A stretch of 64,000 bases of DNA from the human T2T-CHM13v2.0 reference genome, Homo sapiens. Below, piece by piece: positions 46,011 to 57,978 of this stretch; position 1 is the first letter of the stretch, and every line of letters starts with the position of its first letter. The stretch lies in NCBI RefSeq assembly GCF_009914755.1, contig NC_060932.1; one strand, written 5' to 3'. The position numbers and the translations under genes were made by a program. The notes under the pieces were generated by a model. The model searched no databases and was not told where the DNA came from. It worked only from the letters and a program-made list of their open reading frames with translations.

Positions 46011-48529
46011 CCTACTCCACGTTATGAATTAAGTACTTGAGCCTAGGGCCTTTATTTAAGGGTTGTCCTTCTCTTGCGTAGCTCTTTTAAAGTGTCCAGT
46101 ATTCTGAAGTTAGGAGCCAAGTGTGGTAAAGATGTTTCTTTTGGGAAGAAAAGCTTCCTCAAAATCTAATTGCTAGAAGGAAGTCAGTAAGTTGTCAAGG
46201 AATTTTAAAAAAATCAGTACTAAGATTATGACTCTAGCCTGGATCTTCATCTTTCTTGCCTGGCTTTATTCTCCAATAAAACTAATTAGCAATTTAACTA
46301 TGCAAATTTTGGAAGATTTCTGATTTGGATTTAGTCCAAATATGAAAGTAGTGGTACATAAGGACATTTTTCTTAGTGAATTTGGAAAGCATTGATTTAC
46401 AGTAGTCCAGTAGTCAAAATCCCTTTGAGCCAGATGGGCATTAAATATGCTGGCTTGCTATTTGTGTAACTACAGTTTTACAGGATTTATTGATCCAATA
46501 CTTAACCAACCAATGGCCACATTAAAAACAATCCCTTCCAACTCTCTCCCATAATTACCAGTAAACCACCACATAGGTATGTTCTGTAAGAGATGATTTA
46601 GGAGATAGATAGAAACAATCTTGAATTATTTAAATCGTTTGTTATGTAAAAAAATGTAGAATTATTTTGTGTGGCTCAGAAGAATACAGCATGACTAAGC
46701 ATCTAGAAGAGAGGGGAAGGCAGATTTTTGTTCAATAAAAGGGAGAATTTCCTAATCTTAAATCTCACCCTAAACTAAACAGGTGGCCTAGTGAGTCCCT
46801 TGTTACCTACACAGGGACACTATTCACTGATGAGTGAGAGGTTTTATTCATTAAAGGTTGATGGAGGTGAACTTTTAAGATCCCTTTCAGACTCAGAGAT
46901 TCCACAAGGTGTTTTCCAGAACACCTCCTTCACATTAGCTCTCCAAAGTCAGGCTTGCTAACCTCCTTTCTCATATATGATCTCTTCCCTGAAGCCATAT
47001 TCCAAGGAGAAAAAGCAGAAAGCAGATGGCCTGCATGCCAGAGCATCATTTTTGATGATTTCACAAAAACAGTTTATGATCATTTACATTTATCCTTTCG
47101 TGTGTACTTCAAGGATATGCTGTATGCAAGAGATCTTGATATGGAGGGCCAGACGCATGTCAAATCCAAGCCTTTGTGTTTTCAACCCTGATTGAAACTA
47201 AATACAATTATGAAACAGAAACAAAGATCAGAGAGAACCAGCAAATTAAGAAAACATCTAGAAGTCCACCAGGACTGGAGGCCTCAGTAAACTTTAGGAG
47301 CCCTGGTAAACTTTGCAGGCAGCCAGACTTAGTAGACTTCTATTAATGATGGCAACTATTAATATTTTGAAATTGACAAATGTTGTTCTATGACACATTT
47401 CATATTTCACCATAGCGAGCCAAGGGAATGTTAGGCTTCAGATTCACAACTTTATAAAGCATTTTCCAAATAAACCAAGCTCCTCACTATTGTTGGAAAT
47501 AGTTGCTGTGTTTGGCTAATCCACCCATCATTGAAAACTGTTTTAGTTTCCCCTCAATTTTTATGCAAATTTTATATATACCCTAATCAAGAGAACATGA
47601 GTGCAGTCTTTATTTTTGTTTTTCCTTAATTAATAAACATCATCTATCTTCCTTTCTATGCAGGATGTTTTAGTAAGCTTGCAAATATTATTAAAGATTG
47701 CTTTTCTTTTTGAAGACTGAGATATTAAAATCAGCCCAACCCTGTTGCACTGTAATCTCTAATATCACATCAGGTTTTAATAAACCTCCTTTTTGCAGCA
47801 CACATGTGCTTGAGACTTCATGGAAACCAAGTCAGAAGAGAGAAGGGATTACTTTAGATGACTTTAAAATATGCATTGTTTGAAATGGCCTCTGGTGACC
47901 AGCTTTCATGAATGGCTGGCTTTACTTGTGGGGCCCATCATCCAGTTTAATTATATCAGCTCCTTTGTGTGACAAGTGCTGTTCTTGCATATGCTGAGAA
48001 ATGAAAGTTTAAAACAAAGTAGAGTAATGAGTGAGAAAATAAATTCTGGAAGTGGAACACCCCTGGGTGTTTGTACGGAAGAATTCTAAGGACTGGTCCA
48101 CCTATAAACATCTATTTATAGAGATACTCCACAGTGACAGTAAGTGTAAATTTGCCTTAAATGTCCCTGGACCTAGATCATAATATGTGCCTTTTCAGGA
48201 AGATTTATTTTACATATAAGTAACACTTTAGGATGCTAATGTGGCTCTTAAAATTTTCATTCTATAAATTCTTATGCATAAAACTTCATAAAGGTTACTT
48301 TTTTGTAACATTAGAATAAAATGCTAAGTTTTTATTAGCTAAAGTATTTCCCAACTTCTGTCCAGCCAGTAAACTAACACAGATGTCATAAAGTTTCAAG
48401 ACACTACAGGTTCATTATTTGAATCTATAAATGTTAGGAAAGTTATGGTTTTAGAAATCTCCTGTTGTATCTCTTGAGTTGTTAGCCTTTCTAAAAAAAA
48501 AGAAAAAGAAAAAAAGAAAGAAAGAAATT

Positions 48530-48974
<445 letters not shown>

Positions 48975-49206
48975 CTAATCTCCATAATTTGCCTTGAGCT
49001 AGGAACTAGAATTGTCTTTTGAAATGTGAATGCCTCCTTCACACTGTTTCCCAGAGCTTTCTTTCCTGGTCCTCTATCTGCCTCTGCGGGAGGCCAAGGG
49101 AAGGAGGAAGGAACTTGTTTCCCCACTCTGCTGTGTTTAGCCCTGCAAAGAAGTTAGAGAGCATTATATTGGCAGTGAACTTGATGGCATAGGAAGTAGG
49201 CCAGTG

Positions 49207-49546
<340 letters not shown>

Positions 49547-50047
49547 TCAGGTGTTCCTCTTCCTACATACGACTGTGAGATAGTATTTCGAGAAATGATT
49601 TTCAGATGGTATATTTATGTTTCGAAACCATTTCTCGTAGTACAAGATAGTGTTTCCAGAAATGCCTTCAAAACATAAATATACCATCTAATTGTCTTTT
49701 TAAAAATATTTACTTCAACTTAAAATGTATCTCAAGAATTGTGGAACTTTAAAAATTTTTGCATTGCGCCAGATTATGTACATCAGGAAAACAGACTAAA
49801 ACGAAACATGTATAAAAAATCCCCGAATCTGTCGAAAGTATATTTTTAGTGTCTAAGAATGATTGAACTTTATACTGTGAGAAAGATTATGTTTCTTCGT
49901 TACTTGAGATATGTGTCTGTGTGTGGGTATATATATTTATACACATATCTTAAGTATGTGTGTGGGCATATGCACGTGTATGTGTGTGTGTGGTATGTGC
50001 ATGTAGAGAAAGAGAAAGAAATGGGGTACTAGTGAAATGTAATGTTT

Positions 50048-50412
50048 GTGGCATAGACATTAGTGCTCAGCAAACACTTTGGTCCACTAAATTTTCCAGT
50101 GTCCTTGCCGTTGAGTGGGGCCACAAGACTAGTCTCATCCAATGAAATGTTAGAAGTGAACTGGGTCACTTCCAGGTTGAAGCCCTGAAAAGCTCCTGCA
50201 CAATTCTTGAGTTTATTCTTCCCTTGCTTCCTGGTCTAGTTATTGCAGCAACAGGACAACACTGCCCCCATCAGTGTGCATCCATGCATGGCTGGGCAGA
50301 GCAGAGTTCTCTGCCATTCTATGTGTGACTTGCAGTATGAGTGACAAATATGCTTTTATCATATTTGGAATTTCTTTGTTATTGCAACAAACTACTTCTG
50401 CTGACTAATGCA
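50048..50412 (+). mobile_element. Degenerate MLT1 LTR
   Basis: tgtggcatagac...gtggggccacaagactagt...ctgactaatgca. Confidence 0.65.
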
Positions 50413-50584
50413 ATATCTCAAGGTACTTCAGTACAAATAAGCCATAGATATATAAAACCAAAGGCAAATTTAATGAAATTTAATGTAATAAACCTTATAT
50501 TTTAAGACCTAGCTAAGATGCCCAAGACCACATTTTAGTTCTTTTTAACAATATCGCTGCCCTTCCCCCAAACCCACTTTATGT

Positions 50585-50963
50585 TTTTTCATCAACTTTT
50601 ATTTTAAGTCCAGGGGTACATGTGCAGGATGTGTAGGTTTGTTACACAGGTAAACGTGTGTCATGGTGGCTTGCTGCACATGTCATCCCATTATCTAGGT
50701 ATTAAGCCCAGCATCCATTAGCTATTCTTCCTGATGCTGTCCCTCCCCCAACCCTAAAGAACCCCCAACAGGCCCCAGCGTGTGCTGTTCCCCCACATGG
50801 GTCCATGTGTTCTCATCATTCACCTCCCACTTATAAGTGAGAACATGTGCTGTTTGGTTTTCTGTTCCTACGTTAGTTTGCTGAGGATAATGGCTTCCAA
50901 GTTCATCCATGTCCCTGCAAAGGACATGATCTTGTTCCTTTTTATCGCTGCATAGTATTTCAT
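50585..50963 (-). mobile_element. 5'-truncated older L1PA 3' end
   Basis: caacttttattttaagtccaggggtacatgtgcagg...gctgcatagtatt. Confidence 0.92.
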
Positions 50964-52562
50964 GCAAATCCACTTTACCTGAAGTTTCCAATGCCTCTTC
51001 TTTTGGAAATCCAGTTGTCTCTTCGTTCTCATTCTCTTGGATCTCACTGCCACCATTGAAACCATTGATCATTTGGACCACAATTGGTCACCAATGACCA
51101 TTATTAGTCCCTTTAGACACTTTGTAACATATGCTTCAGGAATACTGAGTTCTTCTGGTGGTTTTCATAATATCTAGATCACTTTGTTTTCCTTTGTCTT
51201 GTTAATTTCATCTGAAAGAAGCTGGACAAATTTTAATTTGGACTTTATGCATTCTCTAAAATGCCCTTCGGAAGCTTGTTTTTATATGGTTTTAGTACCT
51301 GCTTTTATGAGGCAGAGTCTCAAAGGCACATTTCTCACTTCATCCTTCTCACTCTTCAACCCTCACTTCATCCTTCCCACTCTTCAACTCCATCTATTTT
51401 CTTCCTCCCTGAGAAGACAGAGAGAAAACCTAGAAAACTTAAGTTTATTTATTTCTATGTTTTGTAATGCAACAGATTATTGAAAAAATTCAATATATAT
51501 ATGAATTAAGCCAAAAAATAAAATCTGTCCCTCTCCCTCACCATACACCAGGGATAACCAGCACTCACCACTGTGTGAATAGATGAGCTTTGAAGATTCC
51601 TTCCAATTTCAAGATTCACAGTGTTGTGTGGCAGGAGGAGAGGAGAAAGGAAGATCTCATCATTTAGCCAAATATTTCCCCACAGGTGTTCCAGGTCATA
51701 GGCATACACTTTTCAGCTGTCATTGTTTGTTGGAAGAGGATTTATTATTGGAGGAGAATAAAAGTGTTACTACACCAGGAGGGGATGATTGTCTATCTTC
51801 TTTGCTTGGAGTTGTAGTAAATTAGACCAGGAAACAGGCTTTCTGGAGATTAACAGTAGGTGAACTTGCCAGCTGTGGGGTTGTTAAAAGAAGAAATTAG
51901 CTTTTTCGTGGATTCATGTATCTTATAAAGAAGATAGCACATCCTGAAGCCTTACTCTAAAGAAAAGAAGTAATCTCTGGGAGACTCAAAAGCCAAAATT
52001 AAGGGGAAAGGGCCATGTTAACTGATCCTAAGAAATGTATGTAGACAGCAATGTAGGATGGGAGGATGAGATGTGGGTACCAGCTTCTTGCTGGTGTAAT
52101 TCTACTTCGCTTGCCTCTGACAATAATCTAAGCGTGTTCTGGCTAAATTCAGCTTCGCATAACTGCATAATCTCCCCTGCCCCTGCTGTTTCAACTGCTT
52201 ATGGTGTCCCTTTTTTCTCTGGCCTAACTATAAAGTGCCATTGCTTTGTACTAGAAATAATTCTTCTGCCCCATCCAAGAGAGGTTTATTTCTGTGGCGA
52301 GTGGGTTGTTCTGACCCTGTCCCTTGCATACTTCAGATGCGTGGGCATTCATTTGTAAAATTTTGTGTTATCCTTGGGTAATAAAAAACACAGAATTTTA
52401 TCACTCATCAACAACTTTTATCTGAGACCAGGCATTTAGAACTGAGGACAGTTTCAAGGCTTTAAGGAAAAAAAGTAAATGAGAAGCTTGTGACTAGGGC
52501 CAGACCTACAGCCTTAAATGTGAGAGTCTGGGCTTAACTATAGAACAAGGTACACTCTAAGC

Positions 52563-53959
52563 CAGCAATTCTCAAACCCTTTGGTTGTCTCAGTATCCCT
52601 TTATATAATTAAAATTTATTGAAGACCCTTGCCCCAACAGTTTTTATGTGGATTATAATTATTAATACTTACAAGTGAAAACTGAGAAAATTTTCAAATA
52701 TTTGATTCTTTTGAAAATAATAAATCTATTATATGTTAACCTAAATGATATATTTTATTAAAAAAAACTATACTTTCCAAACAAAAAAATTGTGAATAAA
52801 TTATGAATTCATTTTACATTTTTGCAAATCTCTTTAATGTTTATCTGAAAAGAAGGAAGTCGAATTCTTATTTCTGCTTCTACATTCAGTCTGTTGAAAT
52901 ACACTGTTCTGGCTGAAGTACAGTAATAAAATCCAGAATCACATGAATAAGTAGTTGGAAAGTAGAAGCATTTTAATAGCTTTTTCAGATACTTATAGAT
53001 ATTTTCTGATACTACAACAAAACTTGGCAAGTGATAATTCATTAAAGGTTAGTTGTATTAAGAAATCTGAAGCCATATCAATGAACTTTTCATTCTGTTA
53101 CAATAGAATCCATTGGTCATCTTGTACTTCAAATGCATTTTTTATTCATGTAAGATTTTGTAGCACTGTGATTATTTGGGAAATTTGGTTCACTGAACTA
53201 TGCGAATATTCTAAATGTTGACTCATTTCATTTTACAATATCAAAAAATAACATTTGTTAACATCACTACCATTGTCATCAGAAAAAGTTTTACTTATTG
53301 GGAGTCTGCCAAGTGTAGTATACAAGTTTTCCAGAATTCTAATTTTAACTTGAAAGGTAGATTTCTATCATTGGTAACAAACACTGTCAATTGTTTCCCT
53401 TGAAATGATAGGCTCATTTCATTCATTATTTGAGAAAATGTCTGCCAAATATCCAAGTCTAAAAAATTCTTTTAAGTAAAAGTAGTGTTTCATTTTTTGT
53501 TTGTTTGTTTGTTTAAAGCCACTTTAGCTTGCAGCTCAGCCACCTTCATGCTTTTCCTCAAGACAGCCATCATACTCCCCCAGCCACCAAGGGACTTTGT
53601 GTGAACCTCTTATCTCAGAAAACACAACAGTGAAAAGAAAAGATGTGTACTCAAGGTCAAGGTTTAATAAAATTAGTGGTTTTACTGCTTCATCTTAAGT
53701 GAAGCTGGGTTTTTTTTGTTGTTGTTTTTGTTTGTTTGTTTGTTTTTACTATATGTGAAGCTTCTATCATTCATGCTAAGACAAAAGCGGAAAGCGGTTC
53801 TACCTACTATTGCTCTTATGCCATCTGTAGAAATGTCAGCGCAGTGAAGAAAGCAAATAATGTGTCAGTATTCTTATCAAAATAGTTCTGACCTCATGAA
53901 CCTCTCAAAAGGGTCACAGGGTCCTCCAAACGTCCCAAACTATACTTTGGACATTGCTG
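52563..53959. mobile_element. Charlie1-type (Charlie1a-like) non-autonomous hAT DNA transposon, ~1.4 kb
   Basis: Imperfect TIRs cagcaattctcaaa / tttggacattgctg; degenerate 8-bp TSD ctctaagc/ctgtggac; Charlie1-like ends. Confidence 0.8.
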
Positions 53960-54819
53960 CTGTGGACAAAAGCAAGGTGCTTTTGATATATTGGCCACCA
54001 TCCCCTCTAGAGACCTAGCACCAAGCTGCCCAGCCAAAGTGGGGATTGGGGAAGACAGAGGTCCCCTTAAACCTTTGGGAGCAACAGGGCTTCAGTTTAG
54101 ATTGGGGTATTGTGGAACAAACATATGTGACCTAAACTTCCTATCCAGTTGGCTGGACATCTTGCCAGTCTTTTTTTTTTTTCTTTTACATGTGACTTGA
54201 AACATTTAATGCCACTTTTATAGTTTGGCTTGACGGCCCTAAGCCACCCTAAACAAAGTCTTGTAAACTTTCCACACCAATTGACCATAACTACAACTGC
54301 TGTTTTCATTTTATGGCTTGGAGTAAAAGCAACTTATATCCTGGTCTTGACTGGTGAAGAATAGAACACTGTTCTTCAAACTCACTCTGTATGTATAAGA
54401 AAAACCTTTCTGCATTTCTTTCATTTTCTACTCTTTCTCAAGATAAATTGTTAGTCTCTAAGGACTCTTGTTGTCCCCCACAAAGTATCCAATTCAAACA
54501 TTGCATCCTTGTCTCTTCTGTCAAGCTCCGCATTTTGTCTGTCAGGACTTTTTTCCCTTCTTTACTTCTTTTCCTTCTAGAGCTGGAAACCAGGCAGTTA
54601 AGAGGATGACAGGCTTTAAAAGGTCATTTTTGAATAAAGAATTGTCTGTGTGCAGTGTTTCTAGAGTGGCATGTTTTGTGTGTTTTAGTGAAGGAAGGTG
54701 AGATAGAGAGAGGACTCGTGCTGGCCAGACTAGTCAAAAAATTCAATTTTCTTGACCACTTAATGTATATCGTTGTAGGTATGAATTCCCTGAATTGAAT
54801 GTTGGTGGTGGTGGGAAGA

Positions 54820-55125
54820 AGCTGACCAAAAGTTCCAAAGTTCTAGTGAGACAGGAGGAATAAACATTAAAGATCTGTTGCCCAGCAAGGTGACCACAGT
54901 TAATAACAATGAATTAATTGTATGTTTCAAAAATGCTAACAGAATAGATTCTTAAATGTTATCACTACAAAAAAAATGATAAGCATGTGAGGAGATAGAC
55001 ATGTTAATTAGCTTGATATAATCATTCCACAATGTACACATATATCAAAACATCAAATTGAACCCTGTAAATATATACAATTATCATTTGTCAATAAAAA
55101 TAAAAATTTTAATTAAAAAAATAAG
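54820..55125 (+). mobile_element. L1MA 3' end in sense orientation
   Basis: gacaggaggaataaac...gttaattagcttgat...atatcaaaacatc...aataaaaataaaa. Confidence 0.8.
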
Positions 55126-56549
55126 ATACACTGTGGCAGAAAAAAATGTAGATCTTTTCTGCACCTTTCATTCACCAGAAAGGAAGTTCATTTCATAGGA
55201 AAAAACCACTCTCTCTTTTCCATATTAGGAAATGATTTTTGATGTAGTTTATACAAAGGTATCATTAAAGCTAATTTGCTTTTTCCTAAAGGAAGAAGTA
55301 AAGTAAATAAGATAAAGAAAAGAATAACTAGCAATGTTGATTGGGTTCCAGCAAAGGTTATCAGCATCTGAATTGTCAAGAACTTTCAGCTTCTTGTATT
55401 GCTGATTATTTAAACTCAAATGCCACTGTTTGTCTAACGCAGTGAGCCTGTAACTGTTCCTACCTGGTTGCTACCATCAGCAGGGGTTCATTTACAGTAT
55501 AGTGGATGCACAAAGGCCCTCTTCACAAACTCTCCCTTCACACACCTCTGCAGGCCTTGAGAGGTGAGCAAAGTTTTTGCTACTTAAGGAACCAACCTCT
55601 AAGAAATTTCTGTATTTAACTATTTAGCCTGACCCATGCTTTGTGAGAACAAGCCATTGTTTATCATTTTATTACTTTAGTTTTCCTGTCCCTTCATGCC
55701 TGTATCAGGTTTCTCACGATTTAAAACAAATGCACAGAAACCAAACAGTCAGTGCAGAATAATTGCAGGCTTTCAGTGTTCAGCATGTACAGCAATCACT
55801 GTGGAATCACCCTGCGTTATTAAGAAGAAAGCACCAAATCTTACATTAGTGACTTCTACAGGGCTGCGTTATCAATTGGAGCTGTCTTGTTTGTTGCAGA
55901 TAATGTAGTCAGGACTGCCTGGCTGCAGACACTAGAGTTTTGTTTAAAAACCGATTTCTTCTTGTCTCTTTCTCTCTCTTGCAGTATAATTACAGGCTGC
56001 AGAGTGAAAAGCATTAGAACTGTTTACAAAACAGCTCATAAAGTTTAAAATAATGGGGATACGTGTGTGTGTTTGTGTAAAACAAAATAATGTGTATGGT
56101 AGGGGTAAACAATATCCAGTCTTTCTTCTTTCACTACCCCCTGTCACCTTCCAGAATTAAGGGCATGAAGTTGAGAGATGGAGCCCTTTCCTCCTGCTAT
56201 GCGATGCTTACACTTAATTAGTTATGCCTACTTATCCAATGCCAGTTTATTGTTGCAGATCAAAATACAGATTCTCAGGTGTATGGGGACTGAGTGGCTG
56301 ATGAAACAGACTGCTATCTAATTAATTTTAGGGCAGCCTAAATTCCCATAAAGATGTTCCCTCATGACATATGAGAGGAAGATTTTATTTTTTTAATGAG
56401 CCCTTTGCTATCTTTCCAAGAGAAAAGCTTTCAGCAGGTTAGTGTTCCAAAGTGAGAGGGGCATTTTTCCAACCCTTTCAAAAGCCTCCTTCTGTGCAGC
56501 TTTGCAAAGATTTTGCAGCTCGCCCTTCTGGATTTTATTTATTTATTTT

Positions 56550-56982
56550 TTAATGCGGAAGGGTAGCCGCTGACTCCAGCCTCGGGGCCAATCAATCATT
56601 TTGCTTTGCAGGTTTAAGATCTGTGACAAAGCGAAACCCCTGTGCTATCTGTGCCTTACCAGTCTCACCAACAATAAGCCTGGTGACTGACAATCGAGAG
56701 GGGGCTCTGTCCACGTAGGTGCCGGCACAAGCTGAGGACATGAGTGGGACAGAGGAACCAGCCTTGCACGGAGGAAGCACCTTTTCCTTCTGGTGATTGA
56801 TTGATGGGGGACAGTGAGGAGGTTTTCAGAGACTGGAAAAAATTGTCCCAGTCACTTACTATGAAGTCTTTGTCAGCAGAAAAGACTCTCCGGGGTAGAG
56901 AATGATATAATGCAGATGACAAATGACAGGTGTGTGTTTCGTTCTGCTTGCTAGGTACTCAGTATCACACGCAGGTGAGTCA
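56550..56982 (+). promoter_or_regulatory. Candidate internal promoter/enhancer and alternative 5' exon
   Basis: Repeat-free with retained CpGs. CGGAAG 56556, CCAAT 56588, ATCAATCA 56591, TGACTGACA 56684, CACGTA 56712, TGATTGATTGATGG 56794, TGACAG 56924, donor CAG|GTGAGT at 56974/56975, TGAGTCA 56976. Confidence 0.5.
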
Positions 56983-57369
56983 GCGCTCCCCAACATGCCC
57001 CTTGCGCCATCTGCTCCCCACATGCAAACACTCGTTCCCAACGCTCTGTGGTTTCCCTGGCACTGCTGGCTCTTCCTAATCGATCGTCAGCTCTGTTGGG
57101 GATGTGTAAAGTACTGTCAGAGTGTGAGCAGGGTGATACCTTACCACCCTTTTATGGAGCTGATTATGAAATGAAGATAGCATTTGAATCATTTGTTAGC
57201 AGTTCTGAAAGTTGTTTCCTTCTGTTCCTCCCTTTTGGAGCACAGAAGAAAAAATATATGTAATATATACACATATAATATGCTGTTGCAAGAGACTACT
57301 TCAGATCGAAAATCTGTTTTTAAAATCATTGACTGATATTTCCTTTGTATTTTTTTCTCCCCCTTCCAG

Positions 57370-57442
57370 GACCCTATCTGCAGATGTTCTGAATACCTCT
57401 GAGAATAGAGATTGATTATTCAACCAGGATACCTAATTCAAG
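57370..57442 (+). other. SULF1: Non-coding 5'UTR exon of SULF1 (73 nt)
   Basis: Strong acceptor ttttttctcccccttccag|GACCC and donor CAAG|gtatta; 304-nt intron to the coding exon; agrees with my recollection of the SULF1 mRNA leader. Confidence 0.85.
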
Positions 57443-57746
57443 GTATTAGCTCTCGTCAGAAAGCTTTTACATTTGAGCTCTGTGTTGGAAATTCTATTTT
57501 GGCAATGAATTGAAATAGGAAAAGTTGGAATGAGAATAAAGGACAAAAGTGAATTTGCAAAATAATCAAGTGCTTAAAAAACTACCCAGCACTTGTGAGG
57601 GTTTGCTATTTCTGACTCATGTGCAACCCTGTCTCTGCCAGCTTATGTGCCAATACTGACTTATTTGTAGCCCTTTCTCTGCAACTGTGCTTGGAGTTTG
57701 GATTTCATTTTAGTCTCACCGTCTCCGTTTTTCTCTGACTGCCCAG

Positions 57747-57806
57747 AACTCCAGAAATCAGGAGACGGAGACATTTTGTCAGTTTTGCAACATTGGACCA
57801 AATACA
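57747..57806 (+). other. SULF1: 5'UTR portion (60 nt) of the SULF1 start-codon exon
   Basis: Polypyrimidine tract and acceptor ccgtttttctctgactgcccag|AACTCC at 57746/57747, 60 nt upstream of the ATG. Confidence 0.85.
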
Positions 57807-57978
57807 ATGAAGTATTCTTGCTGTGCTCTGGTTTTGGCTGTCCTGGGCACAGAATTGCTGGGAAGCCTCTGTTCGACTGTCAGATCCCCGAGGTTCAGAG
57901 GACGGATACAGCAGGAACGAAAAAACATCCGACCCAACATTATTCTTGTGCTTACCGATGATCAAGATGTGGAGCTGG
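57807..57978 (+). CDS. SULF1: SULF1 first coding exon (codons 1-57 plus first base of codon 58): signal peptide and start of the sulfatase domain; the CDS continues beyond the window
   Basis: Translation [58 protein letters not shown] is the Sulf-1 N-terminus: hydrophobic signal peptide, basic segment, and sulfatase motif [10 protein letters not shown] with the metal-binding Asp pair. ATG context ACAATGA (-3 A). Donor CTGG|gtgaga at 57978/57979, phase 1. Confidence 0.97.
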
